Assembly (NCBI GenBank): GCA_030390025.1
Contig: CM059431.1
Span: 124,560,001 to 124,624,000, forward strand
DNA length: 64,000 nt
Source: Squalus acanthias
Lineage: Eukaryota
Direction: 5' to 3'
The translations under genes were made by a program, and so were the position numbers. The notes beneath the pieces are model-generated. The model was not told the origin of the DNA and ran no database searches. It worked only from the letters and a program-made list of their open reading frames with translations. Positions within the stretch are counted from its first letter, which is position 1. Each line of letters begins with the position of its first letter. Shown one piece after another: positions 13,105 through 27,050 of the stretch.

Positions 13105-16100
13105 AATATTAGTAACCATCACATTGGTAAAATGGGCAAAATCTGGATACAAGAAACTGTAAAAAATCATAATTTCAATTTATTAAGAGATGCTCTGAAT
13201 ATATTTATTGCTTGATCTCACATTCGTTTTCTGAAAAATATAATATTTGCAGTGAAGCATTTTTGAACTGTGATTGGTCAAATGAGTGTACAGAATTGGG
13301 TTTCATATTACAACTTGCCAAATGACTTCAATGACATCATCAAAGAAATCCCTTAAACCCACACAGTTTATTCTGGTAAAGTAGCATGATCTACTATCTA
13401 CATAGCTTACTAACTCCAAGACATTTGATTGACCATCTTCTAGGACCCATTTTACAAATATTTATTCACATAATCACGGAGACATAGGGTTCCCTGTTTC
13501 AGCTTCCAACCTCTCTTCCCCACAAAATTTTTGAAATTGATATTTATTTTGAAAACACTGAAAATAATGGAAGAACAACTTAGCTGAATATGTGTCTGGT
13601 ATATCAATGTTTTTGCATATTAAATTTGATATAAGAATGCTTCCTCTAAAATAAAAAAATGGTATTTTACTTAGCTCAACAGTGGTACAGAGTCTAGCAA
13701 ATAACACTGAAACTTTCCCATTAGTGTGAAACAGCAATATTTACATTGATTTGTTTTGTACCCAATACTACTTTGATTTTACCTTTTCAACAAAAAAAAT
13801 AAAGCACAGATGAAACCCATATTTCGTGCAACCAAAATGTGACTAGAACAAGTTGAAAATTAAAAAAAAACACTAAAACGCAGGAATTGGGCTGACACTC
13901 TGTAACAACAACTGATCATGTACTAATACATTACAGTGAGTTTGATGTTGTCAAGCATTAAGTAACTCAGTAGTGCCTCACATTAATCCAGATAAGCTTT
14001 GTTGTCCAGTTATGTTAGTTGTAAGCCACTTAATGGTAGGCACCTTGTAACGATACAGAGAAAATAGAATCAGCCATCAAGTTAATAATTGATGGTGCAA
14101 TTTAAACTTGTTATGCAAAGATGGAATCAACATTGCTGATCTTGATCGAAACTTGATATAAGTATATTACTTTTTTGAATTATATGTGCCTACAATAGTA
14201 TTTCACTAAATATGAACAGTTTATGAAATATTTTAGATTGTTTTAAACCCCAAAGGTTCACAATGCACTCTAATTATTGTTAATTCTCATGAGGTCCTGC
14301 TTTGTCATGTCATCTGAATTTCTGATGGACCTTGCAGAAATTGGCTTGCTGAGTCAGTGTTCAAGTATCATGATTTGTAACACAAATATACACTCATAAG
14401 GTAGTAACAACCATTTCATAGCCAGATCCCTACTACAGTTATTACTCGGAAAGTTACTGATAGATAATTCACAAAGCAAAAATTGAAAGTAGACCACTAA
14501 GATTTATTTTAATTAAATAATTTATTTTGTGCTCAGTAAAAAAATGTGATTACAATCCTTTATTGCTTTATTATATTGTGTTGAATATAATATCTACAGT
14601 TTTAGTTTCTAAAACACGAAAGATATTGAGTGAGCAGTGTCAGTGAAGCAACCCAAGTGAACATACGCTTAGGATTGGTTTGTGGAACGGTCAACTGTCT
14701 CTGTGACATGCTTATGATTTGTTGTGTCATATTTATAAAAAAGTTACATGATACATTATATTAATCTGCTACACTTTTATGATTAAAGAGCAAACCTGAC
14801 ATTAATTTACAGCAAATTAAATCTTCATATGATTTATTATTTTGTTAACTACCTGGTTTACTGGTTTACCTGGTTAACTTTCCTGGTTTTGGTGATTTTT
14901 TTATGAATACAATTTGATTTATTTTTTACATTATTTCACAAACTGCAAAAAAAACCTGCTCTACAGAGCCTGGTAATTAGCCCGACATTTACATCAGAAA
15001 CATCACACAATGTGATGCAAAGATTCCTATGAATCCCAACTACTCCCATCATCCCTCTTCTGCCTAACCTGAACTGAAAAAAATTTAAAAAACCAGACAT
15101 GACAGGTAAATAGGGCAATAAAATGCACATTGTACCCCCAGCATAGCCTTTTAGTGTTTATTTTAGGTATTTTTCCATTGTAGTATTTCTGGGTTTTATC
15201 AGTATTTTTTCTTTTGTTACAAAAAGGTAAAATTGGGAGCTAAAATACCCAGTGTAGAGCATTGCTATGTTCACCTTGAACCAAGTATTATTTGACAGTC
15301 ACAAGAAATGCTTCCTATGTATCATGTTGAGTAAAACAAAATGACATTTTTACTTTAAAGAAATAATTCTTATTGAATATTCAACCTGCAAATTATAGCT
15401 ATAACAAGGTAAAGACATAGCTGAGTTTTTGCTGTCATTATCTTGGTGTTTTATCGATGCTACTGAAATAACCACTGAAAATGTTTCTCTTTGGGAGGGA
15501 GGTATTATCGGGTTTATTGGTTTAATCCTAAAACCAAGAACCCTATTAACAAGCAAGTTGCAGATACATCAATGTATATAATCAAGCTAGTCAGTTTCCT
15601 CATAGCACTTTGATATTATAATCACGGCTTATTTGGATGTCATCATTGTTTTTAGCACATTGGTTCAGATCAAATTCTTGTGTGCACTATTTTAACAGAG
15701 TCCTGAACTCATTTATTTCAAACCAGTTAATGATTTTGTTAAAGTAGCACACTGACATTTGTTGCAAATGTATTAGTCAATGCCTATAAACAGCACACAG
15801 AGGCATTTCAGCTGCTATATTTAGTTAAGGTATTGAGCAAATCCTTTCATATGATGTGCACCCAGTAAAATATATGGTCTGCCATGTTGGTCTGTTAGTG
15901 AAGATTACAAGTGCAGCCGAGCATAGTATCTTTTATTGGACCAATTGAATGGATGTAACTAAAGATATCCAGAGTATCTATAATCCCTCCAGATACATCA
16001 AAACTGTCTGTGTGAGAAAGCAATGAAGTTACAGAAATCTAATTTGAAAATTGGAAATCAAGAAGATGCTTTTGCTTAATAGTGAAAAGATGGAGGAGGG

Positions 16101-16709
16101 CATGGTGCAGAAAGATTTTAAAATTCCCCTTGACTGACGCTAACAAAAGAAACATGTAGGTGAAGGTGAAACTTACTGGGATTTTCACCCACCTGAACAA
16201 TTATAAATAAATGTCCTACTGCTCTTTCAAAGAGCCAGCACAGGCACGATGGGCCGAATGGCTTCCTTCTGTGCTGTAAGTTTCTATGATTGCTATGATT
16301 TAGAAGGAAATTAAGAGGAAACATGAACATTACAATGGATTGAAAAAAGACTGTTTTGAAGAACCAAATTAATTTGAATCTTACAGAATAACAAACATAG
16401 TTGTAGTATATCATATAGGATAGACAAAATATGAATATAACTGCATCTAAAATGCAAAGTGCACAAGTACCAATCCATGCTGAGGCCTGACAGTGCAGGT
16501 TCCATTATTCTCTCACGTAATCTCATCTTTAACAAAACAAATCTCTAATAAAATTTAATATTGAAAAAACACTTTTATTTCTCATTTATCTCCTTCCTAC
16601 TGCAAGTTTATTTTCTCTTTACTTTGCAAACCCAATTACATCTGAGAAATTTTAATATTGGGATTCATAATCTAAAAGAATAATGCAGATCATAAACCTG
16701 TTAAAGTAA

Positions 16710-17065
16710 AAAAAAGAAAGACTTGCATTTATACAGCGCATTTCATGACCTCAGGACATCCCAAAGCACTTTACAGCCAACAAACTACCATTTTGAAGTG
16801 TAGTCACTGTTGTAATGTAGGAAACGCGGCAGCCAATTTACGCATAGCAAGGCCTCACAAACAGCAATGTGATAATGAGAAGATAATCCGATTTTAGTGA
16901 TGGTTCAGGGATAAATTTCAGCCAGGACACCAGGGATAACTCCCTTGCTCTTTTTCAAAATAGTGCCAGCCTGGATTATGTGCTCAAGTCACTTGAGTGG
17001 AACTTAAATCCACAACCTTCTGACTCAGAGGTGAGATTGCTACCCAGTTAGCCACAGCTGACACC
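16710..17065 (-). mobile_element. Second copy of the tRNA-derived SINE, with an internal deletion
   Basis: Colinear with 100-530 (gaagtgtagtcactgttgtaatgtaggaaa, ccaggacaccaggg, accttctgactcagag). Confidence 0.75.
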
Positions 17066-18402
17066 TGAAATTGAAGTAATTGAAACTGTTTAATTTGAAG
17101 AGCAAGTTACACCAAAATGGGTCAGTTTTAAATCACAATGAATAATGCTTATTCACATTGAATTAAACCTGATTGGTCCAGATTTAATTTATCAATCTTG
17201 TAGAGTCTCTTTTGATTGGATCATTTTGTTTATGTTTTTCATTGGTTTTACTGACACTTTTTTGTCCATTTCTAAGACTGTAAATCTCATTTTTATTTTT
17301 GTCTCTTACATTTCCTGCTCAATTCTCATGAATCTGTATTTTCCCCCCTATTTATCTGATTTACTGTCATCTTCAACATTGAATGTTCTCCAACTGTCCT
17401 TTTCCCAGACCCTGTGCTCCACTATTATAACTCTATTTCCCTACCCACAAACCTATCAAACAGACAAAGTCATTCATCAACAGTATGCCTCTATTGAAGC
17501 AGTCCAACTCTACCTTGGTCTATTTCCCAGAATTTTCCCTGCAACCTCTATGTTGCAACTCAACTTGTGACACATGCATTCACACTGCCGTTGGAAGTGT
17601 TATTTCCAGAGATTATGAACTTTAATTTTTATTTTACACATATCAGAAGTTTATAGAAACTATGAGAATCTGTACCAAATTGTTACTGTGCATAAACTAA
17701 AATTGAGTTTTTCAGCCAATTTATTACTTAATATTGAAGTTATTTAAACATGTTATAGGCATACTGACATACACTTGGACACACGAGTAGTAAGTCTTTT
17801 CAGGCCTCAGTAAAAATGTTTCAAAGGACAGAAGGTAGTGCTAATTTTTGTAATATGGTAAGAAACAAATGTCCTTGTGTCATTTTTTTTTTAAACTGAG
17901 ATGTCCTGTCATACTGGATTTCTTTGTTCCTTGATAAGAAGCTGCCTCTTCATGTTAACACTGATAAGTCTGAGATTTGCATGCTTCAAGAAATATCTTT
18001 TCCAAATGTTGTGTTGAGAGCTTTATGATTGTTTATACAGAATTTTAATTGCATTTTAGCAATTTGGCAATATTTGCTCTGGTGACATACACTGCATTGC
18101 AGGATGTATAGGAGGGGGTACACCAAAGGTATATTTGATTAGGAATTTGATAGAGTATATCAGTTTCAGTTAGTCAGTTTTCACAACCAAGCTGGCCATT
18201 GACATCTCAACATCTCCCAACTTGCTACAGCTTCCGTAGCTGTCTGTTTATTGTCACACTTTCATTCAGGTATTTTTGTACACAGTAAATACTAGCTCAA
18301 ATATAGTTTTCATATTTTTACTTTATTTTATGAATGAGGCAGTGTTTTCATTAAAACTAACTCAAAGTAAAATACTGTACTATGCAAGGATGTTGTTGGG
18401 AT

Positions 18403-19010
18403 TACATAGGATATACGGCACAGAAACAGGCCATTTGGCCCAACCAGTCCATGCCGGCATTTATGCTCCACTTGAGCCTCCTCCCATCTTTCCTCATCTA
18501 GCTCTGTCAGCATAACCCTCTATTCCCTTCTCCCTCATATGCTTATCGAGCCTCCCCTTAAGTGCATCTGTATTATTTGCCTCAACTACTCCCTGTGGTT
18601 GCGAGTTCCACATTCTCACCACTCTCTGGGTAAAGAAGTTTCTTCTGAATTCCCTATTTGATTTCTATTCCCTATTCCCTATTTGATGGGCATCAACAGA
18701 GATGACAGAGTGACCAGCAATGAAGTAATGGCAGAGTCAGCTGGAACCCATTCCGTCATCTTCTGTGGCTACTGATCGTCAGCCACACCACGTACTCAAT
18801 TTGCTCATCATAGGAGCAGAAGTAGGCCATTCAGCACCTTGAGCCTTTTCGACCATTCAATTAGATCAGGGCTGATCTGTTCCTCAACTCTGTTTACCCG
18901 CCTTTGCCCCATAATCTCTTGATACCCTTACCTAACAAAAATATATTTATGTCAGTCTTGAAAATTTCAGCTGACCCAGCCTTATGGGGGAGAAAGTACT
19001 AGATTTCCAC
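18403..19010 (-). mobile_element. Two short CR1 3'-end fragments
   Basis: 18403-18665 matches the CR1 3' end at 39325-39600; 18810-19010 matches the CR1 3' UTR type at 57340-57540. Confidence 0.75.
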
Positions 19011-19735
19011 ACATCGAGGGGAATTTTAACGCAGGTGAGTGGGTGGGAGTGGGTGTCGGTGGAGGATTAAATGGGGAAATATTGGAAGCGTGCCAGGAAG
19101 CCGGCTCCAACCCATCGACTTCCGGCCTTTACTCAGGTGGGACAAGGGGTGGGCAGTCAACCTTCTCACATGAGGCGGGTTGGCACTTTAAATATGATAA
19201 TGAGGCTCAAAGCCTCGGATTTAACCTGCTTTGCAGGTTTTACAGTGGCCAGCCAGGTTTCCCTTGCCTGGTTCTATTCCTATCTATCCAGTCATAGGCA
19301 GAGAATCACCTGCAATGTCTTCTCTTCCCGCTCCCACATTGTTAGCTCTGAAGTCCCACAAGGATCCCTCCTTGGCCCCCCTCCTATTTCTCATCTATAT
19401 GCTGATCCTCAGTGACATCATCCAAAACAGAGTGATTATTTACATGGCATTTTTGACTCACTTTGCGCATGCGCACCTGTTTGGTCTACCTCACCACAAC
19501 ATCTCTCGACCCCTGACACGCTGCTTGTCCGACGTTCAGTATTGGATGAGCAGACACTTCCTCCAATTAAATATTGGGAAGGCCAAAGCTATTTTCTTTG
19601 GTCCCCGCCACAAACTCTGTTCCCTAGCCACCAACTTCATCGCTCTCCCTGGCCACTGTCTGAGGCTGAACCAGACCATTTGCAACCAAGGCATCCTATT
19701 TGACCCTGAGCTGAGCTTCTGACCCTACATCCTGT

Positions 19736-22700
19736 TGGAAGCAGAATAGCTCTAGTCCCAAAGGCAGCAAATTTCTTGAGTGTTTTCGGGACAGTTGTTT
19801 GAACCAACAAGAGAACAGGCCATGTTTGATTTAGTGATGTGTAATGAGCCTGAATTTGTCAATTCGGTAAGGGAACACCTAGCTAACAGTGACCATAATA
19901 TCATAGATTTTGATATTAGATTTGAAAAGGCGAAGGGTGAGTCACGAATCAAGATTTTAATTTAAGTAAGGGTAATTTTGGAGGGTTGATGCAGGAATTA
20001 ACCACAATAGACTTGGCAGAACTATTAACAGATAAAACTATGGATGAACAGTGTTCAAAAAAGCATTTGGTAAAATATGAGACCTGTACATACCCCTAAA
20101 GGGCAAGCGTGTGTAATTAAACAACCATGGTCAACAATAGAAGCGAGAGACAGTATAAAACTAAAAGAAAGGGCTTATACGAAAACAAAGAACAGTAAAG
20201 ATCCCATGGACTGGGAGAGATATAGAGAACAGCAAAGGGATACAAAGGAAGTGGTAAGAGCTGCAAAAAGCAACGATGAGAAAAAACTTGAGAGGGATAT
20301 CAATGACAACACTAAAGGTTTTTACAAATATATTAATAGAAAGAGGCTGACTAAGTGTAATGTGGGTGCCTTAATGACAGATGCAGGTGTTAATGGAAAT
20401 GGAAATGGCAAACATACTAATAGCTACCTTGTATTGGTCTTCACAATAGAGGATGAGGATAAACCACCAGAGATACAAGGAAAACTAAAAATAAATTAAG
20501 AGAGGAACTAACTAGATTCAGTATAATTAAAAATGCTAATGGAGAAATTAATGAGATTAAAGATGGACAAATCTCCAAGACCTGATTCTTTCCACCCCAG
20601 GGTATTAAAAAAAGTAGGTGAGGAAATTGTTCATGCGTTAGTCATGATTTTCCAAAACACTCTCAATTCAGGAATTGTATCCTTGGATTGGAAATGCCAA
20701 TGTCACTCCATTAGTTAAGAAGGGCAGGAGAGATACACTAGGAAAGTGTAGGCCTCTTAGTCTAACGTCTGTTGTGGGGAATTTACTTGAATCTGTTATT
20801 AGGGACAGAGTGACTGAGCATTTGGATCAATATGATCTGATCAGAGAGCCTGCATGGATTTGTAAAGGGTAAGTCATGTCTAATGAACCCAGTTGAATTT
20901 TTTGGGAGGTAAGGGAGTGGTAGATAAGGGAGTGTCTATGGATGTTATTTATATGGACTTCCAGAAGGCATTCAGTGAGGTTCCACATGAGACACTGTTA
21001 ACAAAAATGAGAGCACATGGAATTGGAGGCAACCTATTGGCTTGGATATAGAATTGGTCAGGAGGTCGGAGACAGAGAGTAGGGATAATGGGTATGTACT
21101 CAAATTGGCAGGATGTGACTAGTGGTGTCCCCCAGAGATCTGTACTGGGGCCTTAGCTTTTCATTATATTGTCAAATGACTTGGATGTTGGAATAGAGAG
21201 CTGTATATCTAAGTTTGCTGACAACACTGGCCCAGAAATTGATCTCGCTCTGTTCCCGCGGGGGTAAGGCTTCCCCGTGATCTCTCACTCCGCGTTGGCT
21301 TTTTCAGATCCAGCTCGCATGAACTTGATGTTCCAGACATCAGCTGGGCAGTGCTTGCGTATCCCACCGGCGTAGTGAATTCGTGCGAGCTGTGGGATCA
21401 CGTGACTCAGTTAGAGCCAATGGCAGCACACCATCTTCCATTCATAAGTTTCACATACGTGCAGTGAAATCTATGAATCTTACACCCCCCCAAAATAACA
21501 GCTAAACCTCAATTAAATTAAACAAAAAAACCATCACATTAATAAAATAAGTATAGTTAAATAAATTAACCATTTTAAATAAAAAATTAAAATTTTGAAA
21601 AAATTTAAAATCTTTTAAAAAGTTATAAAAATAAACTTACCTGTCTTTAAAGCTCTAAAAAAGATATACCTGTTAAAAAAAATTCAAAAAAATACTTAAT
21701 TCACTACTTACCTTGTTAAAAGTGGGTCTTACTCCTCCTTTTTTCATTTCTAAAATCTTCCGTCCTTACCTGCACGTCCAAAGCACGAAGTGCACAGCGT
21801 GCGCGCAGCCTGTAGCGCGCATGCGATGCACCGAGGAACCGCCCCCTTTTCAAAAGACCAAGTGCCGGTTTTCAGCGCATGCGCAGGGCATGCAGAAAAC
21901 CGGCAATTGGAGAGAGAATACGCGAGAGTACACAGTGCGTACTCTCGCGCAGCGGGATGAATTTTTGGCCCATTAAGTTAGGTAGCACAGTAAATAGTGT
22001 AGATGGGAGCAGAAAGTTGCAAAGGGACATTGACAGATTAAGTGAGTGGGCAAAACTGTGGCAGATGGAGTTCAATGTGGGAAAGTGTGAGGTCATCCAC
22101 TTTGGACCTAAGAAAATAGATCAGAATATTTTCTAAATGACGAGAAACTAGGAATTGTGGCTGAACAGAGAGATTTAGGGTTCAAGTACAGAAATCAATA
22201 AAAGCTAGTGGACAGGTAAAAAAAATAGTTAAAAAGGCTAATGGAATGTTGGCATTTATCTCAAGAGGGCTGTAATAGAAAGGGGTGTGAGTTATGTTAC
22301 AGCTGTACAGAGCTTTGGTTAGACCCCGTCTGGAATATTGCATTCAGTTCTGGGCACCACACCTCAGGAAGGATATATTGGTCTTGGAGGGTTGCAGCAG
22401 AGATTGACCAGAATGATATCGGGCTAAAAGGGTTAAATTATGAAGACAGGTTATATAGACTAGGCTTATATTCCTTTAAATATAGAAGAAGATTAAGGGG
22501 TGATACAATTGAGGTGTTTAAGATGATCAAAGGAGTTGACAGGGTAGATAGAGAGAAACAATTTCCTCTGGTGGGGAGTTCTGAACAAGGGGGCATAAAC
22601 TTAAAATTAAAGCTAGGGTGTTCAGGGGTGATGCCAGAAAGCACTTCTTCACACAAAGGGTAGTGGAAATCTGGAACTCTCTCTCCCAAAAAGCTGTTGA

Positions 22701-22877
22701 AGCTAGGTCATTTGAAAATGATAAAACTATGTTTGATAGATTTTTGTTAGGCAAGGGTATTAAGGGTTATTGAACCAAGGCGGGTAGATGAAGTTACGAT
22801 ACAGATCAGCCATTATCTAATTGAATGGCGTAACAGGCTTGAGGGGCTGAATGGCCTATTCCTGATCCTATGTTCCT
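19736..22877 (+). mobile_element. CR1 LINE (5'-truncated ORF2 plus 3' UTR) nested in L2
   Basis: EPTREQAMFDLVMCNEP, HLANSDHNII, DKSPRPDSFHPRVLK, LSEWAKLWQMEFNVGKCEVIHFG; 3' UTR ends gaatggcctattcctgatcctatgttcct. Confidence 0.9.
21229..21971. mobile_element. MITE, 743 bp, inserted in the CR1 RT region
   Basis: Ends GGCCCAGAAATT / AATTTTTGGCCC; near-TSD ACT/ATT; interrupts the CR1 FAD-x-TKLG motif. Sister copy at 42312-43053. Confidence 0.9.
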
Positions 22878-24407
22878 ATCCTCTCCATTACCAAGACCAC
22901 CTACTTCCACCTCCATAACATCGCCCATCTCCGCTCCTGCCTCAGCTCATCTGCTGCTGAAACCCTCACCCATGCTTTTGTTACATCTAGATTTGACTAT
23001 TTCAATGCTCAATTAGCCGACCTCCCACCTTACACCCTCTGTAAGCTTCAGCTCATCCAAAACTTTGCTGCCCATATCCTAACTCACACCAAGTCCCGCT
23101 CCATCATTGGCGGATGTGCCTCAGCTGCTGAGGCCCTAAGCTCTGGAATTCCCTCCCTAAACCTCTCCGCCAATCTACCACTCTCTCCTCCTTTAAGATG
23201 CTCCTTAAAACCTCCCTCTTTGACCAAGCTTCTGGCCACCGGTCCTAATATCTCCTTCTTTGGCTCGGTGTCAAATTTTGTTTGATTACACTCCTGTGAA
23301 GCGTCTTGGGACATTTTACTATGTTAAAAGTGCTATATAAATGAAAGTTGTTGTTGTTGTTGTGTTTCTGTACCTGATTTGACTCTAATTCACCCTTCGT
23401 CTCCGTTTTTCCTCCATTTCATTCTCAATTCTTAAATCTCATTGGTTAAGGAGATACACTATTGGTCTCGCCGTTCACTAAGGCCCCAGATACCCCTTTC
23501 TATCGCTGCGCCGTTATCGGCTCGTACTTCCAGCAAGATACGGCGCAAAAAAATTTCAAGCTGAAGGTTGTAGGAAAAATGTAATCACCAGTCTGTTGGA
23601 GGAGGGCGGGGGGGGTGGGTGAGAAGGAAAAGAGATAGTGAGCAGAAATAAAGTGATTCCTCAAATGGAGAGAGAAAGCAATAATAGGGCAATTTAATGC
23701 TGGGTGCTCTTGAACATTTGGTAACCGTCAGTTAGGAAGAGAAATTGGAAGAAGCTTGTGAGTAGATCACCTACCTGTCCTCTCAATCAAGAATATTGCT
23801 TGGCCGACAGGAGCCAAAATAAGAACATATCCTTTTGTAAAATGTGTTAAAGAGAGAAGGTATTGCATATAAAAATTATGTTGAGGAAATGTAAACAGTG
23901 AAAGGTTTATTATGTTTAGCCATATTGATCGTTTGTCTTTTTTTTCATTAGCTTTTAATCAACTGCATGCAGCCAGCTTGGATTTTTGTTGGACTTAGTT
24001 TCAATACCTACTGTACAATACCATGCTGTAAGGCAGCAGGACCCAGCTAGCATGAAATCCCAAATCAAATCACAAAGTTCTATATGGAAAATGTTTCTTT
24101 GAACAGTCATTTTAAAGTGTTTCCTGACATGGTTATATGAAGCTTGATCACAAACATAACAGCCGGAATTTTCTGTACCTGGGCGGGTCGGCGTGGTGGG
24201 TCGCGACCCCATTGTTGGTTGCATCCCGCTGCAGAAATCGACTTTGCGCTAATGGGGCCTATTATGCCCGCCCTGCGCGTCACCCGGCCCTGTTAAATGA
24301 TGACGTCATCGATGACGTGTTTTCAGCTGGGATATTTAAAGGGGCCATGGCCGCATGGCATTTGAAGGTTCATCTAGAAGTGTGCAGGAAGCACACTGGA
24401 GGTTTTG

Positions 24408-26312
24408 ATGGCTGCACAGAGGCAGAGGGCTGCACCCAGGTGCTCCGATGACTCCCTCCAAACACTTGTGGAGGGAGTCAGAGCACGCAGGGAGGTCCTC
24501 TTCCCTTCCAATGGGCGGAAGTGAGCTCCAAAGGAGTAAAAAGAGCCTGGCTCCAAATTTCCGAGGAGGTCAACAGCAGGGATGTGTTTAGCAGGACCTG
24601 GGTGCAGTGCCGCAAATGTTTCACTGATCTCATTCGATCAGGAAAGGTGTGTGCAAAGCCCCAGTCAACTTCATCCTGCTGTGCCTCTCATCACATCCCC
24701 ATCACTCTGCCTTCCGAACCCTACTCCTGCACATCTTTACTCACACCAACATTCCTTGCACGTCCACCCATCCCTCTCTCTCTATCTATGTTTTTACATC
24801 CCCATCTTACTAGCCACCCCTCACACTCACCCTCATCCTAATGCAATCATAAGAACTAACAACAAGCAAGGAGGCCATTTGGCATTGTCACCCCACTCCA
24901 TCATAATCTCCCTCTAAAGATGTAACCCATCCATTCCTTACAGGCATTCCATCACTCTCACTTAACCTTCTCTTCTTTCCCTCCTTGCAGGAGAAGAGAG
25001 CATACAATAAGAAAGAGAGGGAGAGAACTGGAGGTGGGCCTCCATCATTTGCCACCCTCACAACAGCAGAGGAGGCTGAGTTGGAAGTATTGGGAGTGGC
25101 CGAGCAGCTGGAGGTGGGAGACGGATAGAGGGGGACATCTCAGCAACCTGGTGGCAGAATTACATATCATACAGCTACATGGCATACAGCAGTCACTCAT
25201 ATGGAGACTGATGTTCTCAGCTATTGGATGGTCATCATGTGCATAATGCTATGTGAACCTATTCTTCATATTGCACATCTTACTCTCCCACAGGTCCATC
25301 AAGAGCCCCCCCCCCCCCCCCCCCCCACTGTGCAGGAGGAAGAGGAAGATGACTCCTCAGAGGAGCCTTCAGCCTCTGACGGTGCACCGTCACCAGACAT
25401 AAGCGCACCCAGCACCAGCGCAGATATGCACGCCTCGGTGGGTCCCACGCGAGATAGAGTAGTGTTGTCTTCGGGTTCGTCACAAGTCACAAGTGAGCAA
25501 GAGCAGATGGTGGAGACAGGGACAGTAGTGGAGACTACTCACTGGCGGGCACAGGATGCTCCCAGCTCTGCTCAGCTGCATGCAGAAGCTGAGCCTCAGG
25601 GGCCATCAAGAAAGAGGGTGATCCTGGAGGTGCAGGAAGAAGTGCAGGAGGCTTTGACAGGTTTTACGACTGCAGTGTCTGTAAATGTTCACAGAATGGA
25701 GGAGTCCATCTCCAACATGAGCACCACCGTGTCGCAGGCGATGGTGACTGTAGGCTCTTCCATGGATAGAATGGCCACCTGCATGGAGCAGCTAATGTGC
25801 CACTCACAGGAGCACATGGTCTCTATGGAGAATAGATGGCTATCTATGGAGAATAGATGGCTATCTATGGAGCAAATATGGCAGACCGCCTCTCTAGGAG
25901 GGGGGATGTCAGCATAGAGGTGGGTCCTCATGGCCCCACTGATATGCAGCAATGTGCTGTCCAGCTCATTGCTAGCAGGGGCGTGCGGGTGGCCCATGAG
26001 AGGGATGACGTTGAGAGGGGAGATGGAAGTGTGGGCTCTTCTCAAAGCGCTCACACTTCTCCCCCGTTGCCACCCCCTCAGTTAGAGCCCCAGATGGCTC
26101 CTCGGAGCGCAATGGCCGAGGTTGCCCCTGCAGAGTCACAGGAGGAGCAGCCTTTGGTGCGGCCATTACAAGCTCCAAAACCCAGAGGACGTCCTCCAAG
26201 AGTGACTAAGCAGTCGCAGAAAGGAAGTGAGCAGGCTGTCTGTAACTCTCCAGGAGCCACAGGGGTAGCACCTCGTAGAAGCATGCGGAAGAGAAAGATG
26301 ACACACAAGTAG
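24408..26312 (+). pseudogene. Harbinger Myb/SANT-like DNA-binding protein gene, 3 exons (24408-24646, 24991-25150, 25294-26312), disrupted
   Basis: AAPRCSDDSLQTLVEGVRARREVLFP..AWLQISEEVNS..RTWVQCRKCFTDL, then EKRAYNKKERERTGGGPP; GT..AG introns; stops and frameshifts; basic C-terminus RRSMRKRK. Confidence 0.85.
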
Positions 26313-26609
26313 ATTCACAAGGGTAGCCATTTGGGTGCTTTAGTCATTGTTAATGTCAAGTTTCCGTTAATGTATTGTCAACCATAAAAATCTTTATTTT
26401 CACCACTTTCCCGTCTTGGAAATATTCATGCGCACCTTTGGAAGTGGCTTAGTGAGTTGCAGTGAAAGGTGAAACATAATGGTACCTCCAGCAATGGTGG
26501 TCAGTGTGAAAGGAATCACTTGGGCATTGTAGGGATCCTTTATGGTGTTGCTTTGGGGTGGTGTCAACCTGGCACAGCATGTGGCAGCCATATGTGTGTA
26601 CTGCATAAA

Positions 26610-27050
26610 GGAAAGCAAATCTGGCCATGATGAAGCCATCCCTGGTCTCCCGGGCAGCAATGTGAAGAAGTTGAGTGCGCTGGTGATTTTGACAGCCACT
26701 GGCAAGGCATGTCAACCCGCTCTTCTGGGCTGCAGGTCTTGCTCGAGCAATGTGCAAAATGTCTGTGACGACCTGACGTGTTAGCCTGAGCCTCCTTTGG
26801 TACTTTGGCACTGCTGCTCAGTCATGTTGAGGAAGCTCATCCTCTGCCTGTATACCCTGTGTTGGGGGTATTGCCTCCAGCTCGGTGCAGCCCGGCGCTG
26901 ATGCCCTCTGTCCTGTGCAGCATCAGTTGGTTGAGGAGAAGGTTGGTGGTGTTGTTGTTGGTGCTGCTGGTGTGCCTGGTTCTGCTGGTGTTGGGGCTCA
27001 TCGTGGTCCGATTCTGAGGACCAAGGTGACACAGTATAAATGGCACTGAT
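26610..27050 (-). pseudogene. Harbinger transposase remnant with the DDE core deleted
   Basis: Q/H-rich N-terminus, YPQHRVYRQRMSFLNMTEQQC, MPVAVKITSALNFF, joined directly to the C-terminal AARETRDGFIMARF. Confidence 0.85.

Larger units (their letters stand above)
19255..23362 (+). mobile_element. L2 LINE 3' part, split by a CR1 insertion (L2 pieces about 19255-19735 and 22878-23362)
   Basis: SSEVPQGSLLGP, CLSDVQYWMSRHFLQLNIGK, GILFDPELSF; resumes with HAFVTSRFDYFNA and ends in a (ttg)n tail at about 23347-23362. Confidence 0.85.

Noticed and set aside
14850..14890. Short cctggtt repeats
   Set aside because: Too short and degenerate to interpret.
17145..17570. 141-aa hydrophobic ORF
   Set aside because: T-rich low-complexity sequence with no gene context.
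24408..26312. Host NAIF1/MSANTD gene
   Set aside because: It is disrupted and enclosed by TIRs and a TSD.
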